NCBI RefSeq assembly: GCF_018977255.1
Contig: NW_024704742.1
Span: forward strand, 53,940,001 to 54,004,000
Direction: 5' to 3'
From: Callorhinchus milii
Lineage: Eukaryota
DNA length: 64,000 nt
A program made the position numbers and the translations under genes. Positions 14,030 to 25,229 of the stretch are shown one piece after another (the stretch's first letter is position 1; each line of letters begins with the position of its first letter). A model generated the notes under the pieces. It searched no databases and was not told the DNA's origin. It saw only the letters and a list, made by a program, of their open reading frames with translations.

Positions 14030-14320
14030 CAATTGTCTAGCGCCTTTCACATCGAGCGAACATCCCAAGGTGCTGGACAGTCAGGGATTTGAATCCAAGC
14101 GGGGGGTTGGGATCAGGAAGGGTGGAGGAGAGGGTAGGAGGGTGGCACATCGAAGAGGAGGGTCTTCAGACATGCCTTGAAGGAGGCAAGGGAGGGAGCG
14201 AGGTGAAGGAAATGTGGGATGGAATTCCTAAGGGTGGAGGCAGAGAGGCTGAAGGCCCAACCACCAATGGTGGGACGGACAGGGTGGGGGATGTGGAGCA
14301 AGCTGAGCAGTGCGAGCCGT
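14030..14320 (-). mobile_element. L2 3' fragment (type A)
   Basis: ORF 14113-14301(-) 'RPTIGGWAFSLSASTLRNSIP...SFKACLKTLLF'. Confidence 0.85.
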
Positions 14321-14479
14321 CAGGTTGATAGACAGAATTAGATATTATTAAGTATACAATATTACTAGCACAGTGCTAATTTTAAACATAAAATATATAT
14401 AGGCCTAATGAAATGGAGAAAAGGAAAATACTTTTTTTAAAAAAGAAAAAATCGAGCTGCAAATCTGCAGCACTAAATT

Positions 14480-14724
14480 GGAAAGTAGTTAGAAAAAAAC
14501 CGCGGGGAATAAGGTAAATGAGGATGTTTGTTTCTACAAGACAACATACTAAAGATAATTAAATTCCTGAAACACAAAGTAGGTCAGATAATATATTCAA
14601 GAATATGGGGTCTGGGGAAAGAGTGGGGGAGTGGGACTGATTGGGTACCTCTTCCAAAGACCCAGTACAGGTACGATGGGCCGAATGGTCTCCTTCTGTG
14701 CTGTAATATTCTATGATTCTATGA
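14480..14724 (+). mobile_element. CR1 3' end
   Basis: gatgggccgaatggtctccttctgtgctgtaatattctatgattctatg, a typical CR1 tail with an (ATTCTATG) repeat. Confidence 0.8.
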
Positions 14725-15148
14725 ATAATATTGCAGAAATCATCGGGTTGTTTTAAACAGTTTCACTGTAAAATGTTACAATGTTCCCTTGATTGTTGAA
14801 ATACTTTTTGCAGAAATAGAAATCAATAGTTAAAGTATCATTAAAATCTCGAAAACTCGGTGATCAGATAGAATGCATTCGAGACTAGCAAAGTAAATGA
14901 CAGTACGAGAAGAAAATTTGGTTGGAAATTTCTACAGCTCATTAAATACTCAACTAATGCCAAATTAGAAATAGCCTATTTTGTTCTAAAGGTCTGGGAA
15001 CACTGGTCTGGGAATTACAGACCAAAACTATATCAAGAGCAGCAAAAACATTTGGGTTTACTGATTCATGTGTATTTTCAATAATAATAATAATCCTTGC
15101 ATTTGATATAGCATTATATATATTGATTTAGCATCTTATCAGGTCAGC

Positions 15149-15752
15149 TATACATGGAAATTCCAGCATCTGGAATGGAACATGCCCTCTCTCACCGGAG
15201 AGACGCACCCTACGTACCTAACTCTGGAGAATTTTAAGAAGAGATTGGCAAGATCCAAGACTTGGGACTGCAGAATGCATGTTATAATAATATAATAATC
15301 CTTGCATTTGATATAGCGCTTTTCACGTCTTCTCGACGTCTCAAAGCACTTCACAGAATATGCAGTAAAGTGAATTGACCGTATATTTGTGGGCGAAACG
15401 CGGCAGCCAATTGCGCACAGCAGTATCCCATAAACAGTCGTGGATTGAAAATGACCAATTTATTATTGTTTTTTGTTTTAGAGGGATTATTATTAGGCGT
15501 GCAGAGTAAGGAAACTTGCCCAAGGTTTCGCCCTGCCTGGAATTGAACCCAGGTGTCTCGCTTGCAAGGCGAGTGCTCTAACCATTGAGCTACAGTACTG
15601 CTGGAGTTTAACCAACTAAAACCACATAGCTTACCACTGAAAGCACTATTTGGCAAGCTTCCCTCTGCTTCTTCAGCTAGGACCACCCTACTCATTAGGG
15701 TTTGGGCATGCAGGGTTAATGGGAACTGAGTGGGAATAATTCCTGCTCCCAG
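15149..15752 (+). repeat. Copy of an unnamed old interspersed repeat, split by a SINE
   Basis: Collinear similarity to 59940-60620 and, inverted, to 27288-28100. Confidence 0.75.
15284..15595 (-). mobile_element. Young tRNA-derived SINE, short subfamily
   Basis: Full tRNA-like head (A box TAGCTCAATGG, B box GGTTCAATTCC), Deu-like 3' part and L2 tail; CpGs retained. Confidence 0.95.
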
Positions 15753-16295
15753 CATTTATCATTTGACAAATGTAAGGTGATGCATATTGGCATTTCAACA
15801 CCAAATGCATTTAAAAACAACAAAGGATTTAATTATTCAAAAAGGCAAGTAATAACTGAGCAAGCACTGAAAGTATCATTACTATGAGGCAGCAGTTCCA
15901 AATGTTAAATGTTTGGTTGCAGTTCCATAGAATAGCAGTCAAAGAAAGTGATGAGTCAGAAAGAGCTTGACGTATCTTTCCCATGTGCGTTATATCTGTG
16001 AAGTGACAGAGTCAAGGGAAAGGACTTAAAAAGAAAACCAATGAAGACTATTCCAAAGGATGAAGGATATTAGACCTCACATCACTGAGGGAAAAATATA
16101 ATGGGAGCAATGATCCGGTTTTATTCTTCTGAAATTTGTGCCTGTCAAAATGACACACACCAGTGCTGAGAAGTGGAACACATTTTGAACACATATCTTT
16201 TGTTGGTATCCAGCACTGTGTTACTATATAGCACAATGAGATTTCCAATGTTTATATCCAGCACTACATGAGCTCCAGTGTTGGTAACTAATATA

Positions 16296-16659
16296 AGTCC
16301 TGTAGCGTAGTTGTTAGAGCACTTGCCTCAAAAGCGAGAGGACCTGGGTTCGATTCCCGAACAGATCAAAACCTTAGGCAAGTTTCCTTACTCCACATGC
16401 CTCTGTTTACCTAGCAGTAAGAAGGAAACCAGTTATTAGTCAATTGGCAGCTCACTTTCCGGGAGTAATCCTTCAAAAAAATAATGATAAATTGGTCACT
16501 TCAATCCTTAACTATTTGTGGGACACTGCTGTGTGCAATTGGCTGCTGCGTTTTGCCCACAAAATATAAAGTCAATTCTCTTTATAGTATATTCTGTGAA
16601 GCCCTTTGACACGTCCGAAGATGTGATAAGGCAGTATATCAAATGCAAGTATTATTATT
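16296..16659 (+). mobile_element. tRNA-derived SINE, long subfamily
   Basis: agtcctgtagcgtagttgttagagc...ggttcgattccc...ctctgtttacctagcagtaag...tail. Confidence 0.9.
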
Positions 16660-18064
16660 TTATATTATATATCATCAGTCAGCATGCACTTGGAAGGCCT
16701 TCCTGAAGCTGATCAAGGAAGAAGAAAAGTGCAGGCAGAATTAAAATCTTCAAGCATTTAGGTCAGACGGCCTGACGTGAGATATACTGTACAACAATTT
16801 ACATTTATATAGCGTTGTTCACATTGGGAGGACATCTCAAAGCGCTTGACATTGTTGGCTGGGTACCCAAGCTGGGGTGCTCCTATTGACTCTGATGCTC
16901 CAAGTGAAAAATGTCTTTGGTACAAACAAGCAATTGAAAATTGTCCATTTTGCTGACCGTGAAGAAAAAAGAACATTGATAAAAATAACTGTAGGGAATG
17001 GCATGGAACAGAGCAGATGAAGTAATTCACCTAAACATGCCTGCCTCCATCTGGAAATCTTGCATCAAAGCCCGGAGAGTTTAGCTACTTTGACAGATAG
17101 TTATTTTGCAATCCAAGGCAGTTCCAATAGTAATGAGAAACCTGAGAGGAGGAACCATTCTGCAGAAGATGAAGGACTGTTCAGCCTCAACACATTCAAT
17201 CAGTACTGGGCAAAAATGGCTGCAAATTCTATAGATTTTTCTAATTATCACATCACATTACCACAAGTCTCTCCGCAGTATTTGCAGCACAATTGAATCA
17301 TTATGAGTCCCGTTTTATTCTCTGCTATAATTTGTTGAACAGCCCAAACTAAATTTGTTACAATGTGGGATTTTCTTATTTACAGTTCATATTACTTCAG
17401 TGCAACTTGAACATAAGGCTAACTGCAGTTTATTATTTCTGTAGCATATCTATTTCCATGTCCCTTGAGCAACAACATTAACCAAGACATTAAATAGACA
17501 AACAATGAACTCACCTGGTCTTTTCACATGAAGAGTAAAATTAGCTGCAACAGTTGGAATTATAAGTAAACTATCCCCTGAGTACAGCACTTATGATGGG
17601 CCTTTCACAGAACTGAACTGCAAGAAATCATGTCTCCTGTTAAAATAATGTAGTGTTTTATTTGCATTGGCTAATTTGCAGAATATTTTACTGAGGATAT
17701 GGATCCACACATCAACAATCAAAACATCCCCACTTTATGGGCTACAATTTCACTTGGAAGGATACAAGTACTAGAAACCTTATTATCTGGAAACTTCAAT
17801 TAATTTTCAACATAAAAATCTATTTTTGAAATATACATATAAACGCTATATTGTGCTGTCCTTGGAACAGAAAAAAGGCTATTTCTACAGCTGAGTATGT
17901 GTTCTAAATCTAATTGATTGGAAAGAAATGTTCTGTTTCCAATGCCATTAGCTGACAAATATTTTCATGATAGGTGGATACAGAATTACTGCAACAATTA
18001 GTTTTCAATCTATCACAACTTTATTTAAAGATATTTACAGTTTTTTCAATCTATAATAGAATTG

Positions 18065-18350
18065 TAGACTGGATCCTACACTCCAGGCTGACACTCCAGT
18101 ACTATACTGGAGGAGTGGTGCATTGTTGCAATTGTCATCTTTCTGTTGAGATGTTAAACAAAGGTCCCACCTGTCTGTTCAGGTAACTGTTAAAGATCCC
18201 ACAATACGATTCAAAATGGGAAGGGAACTTTTCCCTATGTTGTTTTCACTGGTCTCCCCTGCTCCACTATTCATAAAATTCAACTAATTCAAAACTCTGT
18301 CCCCGGAATTCTCACCGCACTAACCTCCATTTCTCCATTACCCCAGACCT
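18065..18350 (+). mobile_element. Deu-SINE fragment joined to an L2 fragment
   Basis: Deu core to about 18240, then ctccactattcataaaattcaactaattcaaaactctg ('IHKIQLIQNS'). Confidence 0.7.
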
Positions 18351-19560
18351 GTGTTAGTTTCCCCAATAGACCAATCTGCTCCATTTCCTATAATCTTTAA
18401 TGTTTTTCCTCAAATAATTTTGCATTTTTTGTATTTTTCAAAAATGTACTATTAAATGCATTTATCAACCTTGGATTCAGCATCTAAGACATTGATAATT
18501 ACCCGCTGTTAAAACAAAAATCAACCTCCTAATCATTTTTCTCTGGTGATAATCCTAGTTTTTTGCCCTATTCTTACTGACTTGCTGATTGGTGGACAAA
18601 GTCTCTCTCTAATTATCATATAATAATTAGATACTCCCATTGTTTTGATATGTTATCAAAGTATAGGGTAGATATTTTAATATTGTATTAATAGGTTGTA
18701 TGTAAATTACTAAGATTTGTGTTCCATATAAATTTGGGTAAGATTTTAGATATTACCTTACTTTCTCAAAATAGATATCAAACTAAAATCCACATATTAG
18801 TTGACACTCTGATTTACTTCCAGGGTAATTTCCATGGAATTGCATCTGAAGTCCATGGAAAATGGACAGAAGAAGAAAATTTAAATCACTCCTGTGATAT
18901 CCAGCAGAGCTGTCAACTGCACAGTTTTCCACAGTGTGCAGTATTCAGATTTAATACTCATTTCTAAGATCTGAGCCTCGGTATGGGGATTGCTAATGTG
19001 CATTGTTCTGTGCAGCTATGTTCCCCAAACTCCATCTGACCAGAAGAGATACTACAGAAGCTTCAGCAATTTCAATATGGTAGTTTTAACATTGTTCTTT
19101 CATTAAAAATATTCCTGAGGTATGGAGACGATTCATTATGACAGCCAATTGAGGTTATCCACTGTTTAGGAATCATGATGGCATCTGCAGCCATTCTGAT
19201 AGTGCTATATTGAAAAACCACTATCACATTTGGTACAGAAGATATTAGTATGATTCCCAAATAGCTCATCGACTCAGTTGGCTGTAAGGAAAGCAACATA
19301 TGCAAACAGCAGCAATCTTGGAGAAAATAATACAAAAATAGAAACAAAGCTGACTGTTATCACATTGAAATTAGTACTGAGAAATGTTTTCTAATTAGAA
19401 AATAAGATTAAAGGTATTATGAATTATATATTTAAAAAAGTAATAAAGGATTTCTTATCTATCTAAAGAGGAAGTGATCCTTCTTTTGATTTGTGTGCAG
19501 ACAACTCAGGGAACAATATAGATTGTAGTAAAGCATTTGATGCAGTGACATGCAGGGGAT

Positions 19561-19873
19561 TAATAATAATAATAATAATCCTTGCATTTGATATAGCGCT
19601 TTTCACGTCGGGAGGACGTCACAGAACACACTGTAAAGTGAATTGACTGTATATTTGTGGGCGAACGCGGCAGCCAATTGCGCACAGCAATGTCCCACAA
19701 ACAGTCATATGGATTGAAAATGACCAATTTATTATTGTTTTGTTTTTTTGGAGGGATTATTATTAGGCGTGTGGAGTAAGGAAACTTGCCCAAGGTTTCG
19801 CCCTGCCTGGAATTGAACTCAGGTCTCTCACTTGCAAAGCGAGTGCTCTAACCACTGAGCCACAAGACTCCAC
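19561..19873 (-). mobile_element. Young tRNA-derived SINE, short subfamily
   Basis: Near-identical to the 15284, 21316 and 45405 copies. Confidence 0.95.
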
Positions 19874-19889
19874 TGTGGAGTCAACAATG

Positions 19890-20600
19890 TTAGCAGGCAT
19901 GAAATAGGAGAGTTTCTGATGGGAGATTTGGAATTGGCTGATGATATAATGCAATGGGTAGTTTTACATGGAGCTTTATCAGTTTGAAGAAGGTAACCAG
20001 CGGATACCAATTAATTTGTGCTAAGGCATTGATATTTACACTGGACAAAAATGACAGATGTTGGGGACAGAAACTAAGCTGTTTTAGTCGCTGATGAAAG
20101 CAAACAGAAGAAGTTGAAAATAACAGGGAACAGTTTGACCAAATACAACTGGTTCTAGATAAATTACCGAGGTGGTCTAACAAATGGGTACATTATTTAA
20201 TGTTCACAAATGCAGACTGAATAAATCAAAGAAGGAAATTCAGCAGTACATAATAAGCTAGTCTACTAGTCTGCAGAATACAGTATAGGAGAAGGATTTG
20301 TGAGTACTAGTGGAGAGATCATCCAAACCTTCAGCAAAGCATGTGACAGTAGCAAAGAGGGGGAACAAGATGCAAAGCTAAGTGATAAGGCATAAGCCAC
20401 AGGGAATCACATTGAGTTTTTACAGGACTGTAGTATAGCCATGTCTATAATATACAGTGTAAAATTCTAGTTGTTGCATTACAATAAGGACACCTTAACA
20501 TTGCAGAGAGCGCAGCGAAAGACAATAAAATTGATTGCTGGAATTGGACACATTGGTTCCTTGGAAAGATTGAAGAAGCTGTGAATTTTCATGGTAATAT
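19890..20600 (+). mobile_element. Degraded CR1 ORF2 fragment
   Basis: Decayed late-RT and C-terminal similarity (gagaaggatttgtgagtactagtgg 'EKDLGVLV'; gagagcgcagcgaaagacaataaaattgattg). Confidence 0.65.
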
Positions 20601-20602
20601 AA

Positions 20603-20685
20603 ATAATAATAAATCTTGCATTTGATATAGCGCTTTTCACGTCTTCTCGACGTCTCAAAGTGCTTCACAGAATAGACTGTAAGTG
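20603..20685 (-). mobile_element. SINE tail only
   Basis: tcttgcatttgatatagcgcttttcacgtcttctcgacgtctcaaagtgcttcacag. Confidence 0.85.
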
Positions 20686-20921
20686 ACCGAATATTTTTTA
20701 TGGTCAAAAAGTGGTAGACAAGAGAAGGCTCAGAAAAGAATTCAAGATTATTGTGGGTAGAGATCACTGAACTTTAATAATATGTTGAATGTAATGTAGT
20801 TATAAATTCCACATCAGGACATGGGCTGAAGCTCAGAAAAGGCTAGGTGGAACAGAAAGTTTAGATTTAATTACTTTATATAGAGAATTGTAAATATATA
20901 CAAAACATTATCTAAAATGAT

Positions 20922-21206
20922 AAATAATAATAATACTTGCACTTGATGTAGCGCCTTTCAGACATCTCAAAGTGATTCACAGAATATACTGTAAAGTGAA
21001 TTTACTGTATATTTTGTAGGTATATCCTTAAAAANCTATATTTATATTATATATCATATCATATTTATTAAAACTATGTCGATATATCCTTGCAGCATAC
21101 TTTCTCACAGGGAATATATCATTTGTTATTCTGTCTATTGCCTGTTACCTTTTATACAATTGACTGTACATTTTGTGGGCAAAACGCAGCAGCCAATTGC
21201 GCACAG
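20922..21206 (-). mobile_element. SINE 3' part carrying a ~137-bp AT-rich insert
   Basis: Tail plus insert 21021-21157, shared with the 31572-31828 copy. Confidence 0.8.
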
Positions 21207-21315
21207 AAGTTATAATGTAATATATCATAGCTATAATTGATATAGCGCTTTTCACGTCGGGAGGACGTCCCAAAGCGCTTCACAGAACACACTGCAAAGC
21301 CCTCAAAGCCCTAAT

Positions 21316-21630
21316 GACTCCTGTAGCTCAGTGGTTAGAGCACTCGCTTTGCAAGCGAGAGACCTGAGTTCAATTCCAGGCAGGGCGAAACCTTGGGCAA
21401 GTTTCCTTACTCCACACGCCTAATAATAATCCCTCCAAAACCCAAAACAATAATAATAATGGTCATTTTCAATCTACAACTGTTTGTGGGACATTGCTGT
21501 GCGCAATTAGCTGCCGCGTTCGCTCTCAAGTATACGGTCGGTTCACCTTGCAGTGTGTTCTGTGAAGCGCTTTGGGACGTCCTCCCAACGTGAAAAGCGC
21601 TATATCAAATGCAAGGATTATTATTATTAT
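21316..21630 (+). mobile_element. Young tRNA(Ala-like)-derived SINE, short subfamily
   Basis: CTGTAGCTCAGTGGTTAGAGCACTCGCTTTGCAAGCGAGAGACCTGAGTTCAATTCC head with TGC at the anticodon position, and an (ATT)n tail. Confidence 0.95.
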
Positions 21631-22370
21631 CATTAAAGCACTTCATAGGGTTTGCTGTAAGGTATCTTGGCTGTGTATTTTGTAGAACTAATATGGTAGA
21701 GAATTTATACACAGAAATGACCCTCTACCCAGACTGGGGTGGAGGTAGATTAAATCAATAAATTTAAAAGACAATGTCATAGCTTTGGTGAGGAAATCGA
21801 TGAGTGCTTTGTGTGAGATGTGTACTTCTGGATTTTGTATTAATAGTTTGGAATTTTTTTTATTTCTGAGACAAATGCACCAACAATGACCTTTTCTGTT
21901 TCTCTACATTCCTATTTTTACTTTTTAAAGTGTTTATGCTTCACACAGTGTGGATAAGTCACAGAATCCCTTTGGAGAAATCAGCCTTAGGATGCTCATT
22001 GCTTAAGACACTTGACTACTCTTCATGCAACCAGTATATGTTGATTCATGTACAGCATTCTTGGGCAGCTTTTAACTGAAACAAAGACATTTGGGTCAAA
22101 AATTCAGCATTGTAAACCCAGAACTCACACTAAATGCAACTACAATTGTGAATGTTACAAATGAAACTCCATGATTCTCCACTAGTACAATTATAGTTGT
22201 GGGACTATTTTGTGGCTAAAATTACAGGATTTACAAAAGAAAGATCCTGACTTCTGGCAAAGTCCATTTTATGGTCAGCACTTTGCTTTCTGATGAGATA
22301 TTTTGTTGGGCAAGTGGAAAGAATCCAAGTTCACAGTAACCAATCTACCCCTCCAAGTCCTATTGATGAG

Positions 22371-22560
22371 CCAGGCTGACTGGTCTGTCATCACCAGTGC
22401 CCTGGAGTAATGCAGACCTATCTGTGTCAAGAACTGGACTAATGAGAGAGTTGATTCAATTCGGATATTCTATTGCCAAACATTGTACCTAAGAGCCAGC
22501 TCAGTTCAAGGAGGCCACTTAGGAAGATCGACCCCTCTCCCCCCTCCCCAATAAGGATAG
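22371..22560 (+). repeat. 3' part of the unnamed old repeat family
   Basis: Similar to 60426-60620 (ccaggctg.ctgg...tgtcatca.c.gtgccctgga...gatag). Confidence 0.7.
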
Positions 22561-22581
22561 TCACATATGATATATTGATAA

Positions 22582-23409
22582 CTAGCTGTGCCCGTTGCAG
22601 CTTCTCTTGCAACAAAAGAATCCAATAGGGAATGTAGACTGACACAAAGACAGTCATTTCATCTTTATCTATTACTCATCTGGGAGGGCCCAGTGGGAGG
22701 ACCCCTTGAATATATTTTCTCTCTCAGTCTCTCAGTCTCTCTCTCTCTCTCTCTCTCTCAGGCTCTTTCTCAGTCGCTCTGTCTCTCTCTCTCAGTCTCT
22801 CCCTCTCTCAGTCTTTCTCCCAGTCTCCCTCTCTCTCTCTCTCAGTTTCTCTCAGTGTCTCTCTCAGTGTCCCACCCTCAGTCTCTCTCTCTCTCTCCCA
22901 GTCTGTCATTCTCAGTCTCTCTTTGTCTCCCTCGTACTCTGTCTGTCTCTCTCAGTCTCTCTCTCTCAGTCTGTCTCTCTCTCTCAGTCTTTATCTGTCT
23001 CTCCCACAAACACACAGTCACCACACTTTATAATTTATTCTCTCTCTCTGTCTCTCTCAGTTTCTCTCTCCCAGTCTCTCGCTCTGTCATTCTCTCTCAA
23101 TCTCTCTATCTCTGTCTGTCCCACATGGGAGTACTCTAGCTCCCATGACTACCAAAAAAAGTGCCATACATTTGTTGCAGAATATAGATGTATCTCTCTG
23201 AATGGTGTGTGCTTTCCTCTGTCACTATGTAGTTGCAGAATATGATGCATACCTCCTATTTTGGAGCTTAATTAAAGCATTTTTTAATATAGCTCATCAA
23301 AGATAGGAGATACCCACCAAAAAAAAATATGCCCCTGACACTGCCAGCTGCAAGATTGTCGGATACACCGACACACGGACAGACATTGCCGTTCTATTAG
23401 TATAGAAGA
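22582..23409 (-). mobile_element. Non-autonomous Helitron with internal microsatellite
   Basis: On minus, the 5' end is A|TCTTCTATACTAATAG. The 3' end has a hairpin GTTGCA-agagaagc-TGCAAC 8 nt before the terminal CTAG|T. No TSD seen. Confidence 0.8.
22717..23122 (+). repeat. Compound (CT)n/CTCAGT microsatellite inside the Helitron
   Basis: Directly visible low-complexity tract. Confidence 0.95.
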
Positions 23410-25094
23410 TAGAAGAAGAGATATATTTGGCATGAGTGCAGCAATACTAATTTTCCTTATTGACCAGTATCAAAATAACAGGTAACACCAGGCAGCTCCC
23501 AGCCTTTTTTCACTATTTTGCTAGTGTTTAGGTAGTGGCAAAATAAGCACTCTCAAAGGTCTTGTTCATGTGTGAAACAAATTGAATTATTGGTGGTTCA
23601 CAATTACTTTAGTTTAACACTGGCAATCTCCTCCAGAAGTAACAAGATTTGCAATGGCAAAAGGGTAGAGGTTAGTTCACTGCCAGGAAGATGGTTTTGC
23701 TTTCATTGATATTTTGATTTAGGTAGAAAACATATAATTTATAAGTCTATTTTTGTCTGTGGCAGCTAGATAACTTATTTAAGAACTCTGTCTGTAGTAA
23801 AGGTGAAAAGGTTCTCATGAAAGAAGGAAAAATCACATGCAGTGGTTTCCTTGCTTGAATCCTCATCTTATATATCAGACTAAAGTGTATAAAAGGAACC
23901 CTTAGTTTGACCATTCAAATGATAAATGATTAGGCTATTAAAATAATAAAAAAATAATAATAATCCTTTCATCTGATATATCATCTTTCATGTCAGGAGG
24001 ACCTCTCAAAGCATTTCATAGGTTTTACTGTGAAGTATTATGACTGTATTTTGCAGGCGAAGAATGGGGTCATTATACTGTGTGTGTATAAAAACACATA
24101 TTTATTTTTGGTATTATAAAGGGATTGCTTAATAAAGTACATGAGTCACAGAAATGGACTTCAATCTATTATAGTATGCCATAGACACCTACAGATACGT
24201 CACGCCTAGAGTTCTGGACAGAGATTCCAATTGGGAATTTGTATGAAGGAATTCGTAATCAAGGAATCACATGAAGAAATATCACAAATTGAAGCCCAAT
24301 TTTGCCTTGTTTTTTTTGCATTTGCCTCTCAGAGTATTGCTACCAACAGCAATGCTTTTCCACATCTATCCACATTTACAATCACTTTGCACAGGGAAAA
24401 CTTAAGTGGCCTGAAATGGGATAGTCATTGAGAAGAGATTGTGTAAAATAATAAAAGAAAACTGTGAGTACATTGATGGTCAATTTCCCAGAAAACCTGA
24501 AATCGTAGAAAGCCTACTCTCAGTTAAGTCAAATTTTATGCAGAATATCTGAGCAGTGCAGGAGTAAATTGTTTCAATTTAATAATAGTAATTTGCTGTG
24601 TATTTTGTGAGCAAACTTTAGACCACTACTGCAACTTTGTTTCCTGAAAACAATTGCAAAGAGATTTTGAACCAAACAATTTTGGATGAAACATTATAGT
24701 TCTGTTAAGAACAACTTTGAGATTTGCTCGGATATCCACAGAGATGATGCAGCATTATTAATTCATAGGCAAAGATCTTTAAATTAATTTTCAATATCTA
24801 CAAAATAAAAACCCAGATATTTTAAGGGTGTATTCTTTGTGTCAAAAAATTGGGAGAAAATTCCACGCTGCAGCACCTGGTAAGTTCTATGAAAATCGGG
24901 ATTGATTTTGGAACATCAAGAAACCCAAGAAAGTAAGCCAAATATTAACAAAACATTTGATTTATTGATGAACACAACCAATGAGAGCTGATCATCCCCC
25001 TAAACAGGGAATGTTCCAAATAAACTGACAACTCATTGGATATCATGCAAAATTTCCTACATTTCCCCTCTATTTTTCCAAACACAACAAAAAT

Positions 25095-25203
25095 CAAAAT
25101 GTATACAGTCAATTCACTTTACAGTCTATTCTGTGAAGGGCTTTGAGATGTTGAGAAGACGTGGAAAGCGCTATATCAAATGCAAGGATTATTATTATTA
25201 TTA
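25095..25203 (+). mobile_element. SINE tail fragment
   Basis: atacagtcaattcactttacag...aaatgcaaggattattattatta. Confidence 0.85.
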
Positions 25204-25229
25204 GAAGTCATTTATAGATCGTCAATTAG

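Noticed and set aside
17060-17296. 78-codon ORF with natural-looking composition
   Set aside because: No recognisable homology or convincing splice sites; the length is expected by chance
18823-18967. 'GKWTEEEN' Myb-like motif after an AG acceptor
   Set aside because: The rest of a Myb repeat is absent, so this is likely chance
21316-21390. tRNA-Ala-like sequence (also at other SINE heads)
   Set aside because: It is a SINE head: no proper acceptor stem, and it continues into the SINE body
22588-23245. 183-aa and 179-aa Ser/Leu-rich ORFs
   Set aside because: Artefacts of the (CT)n microsatellite
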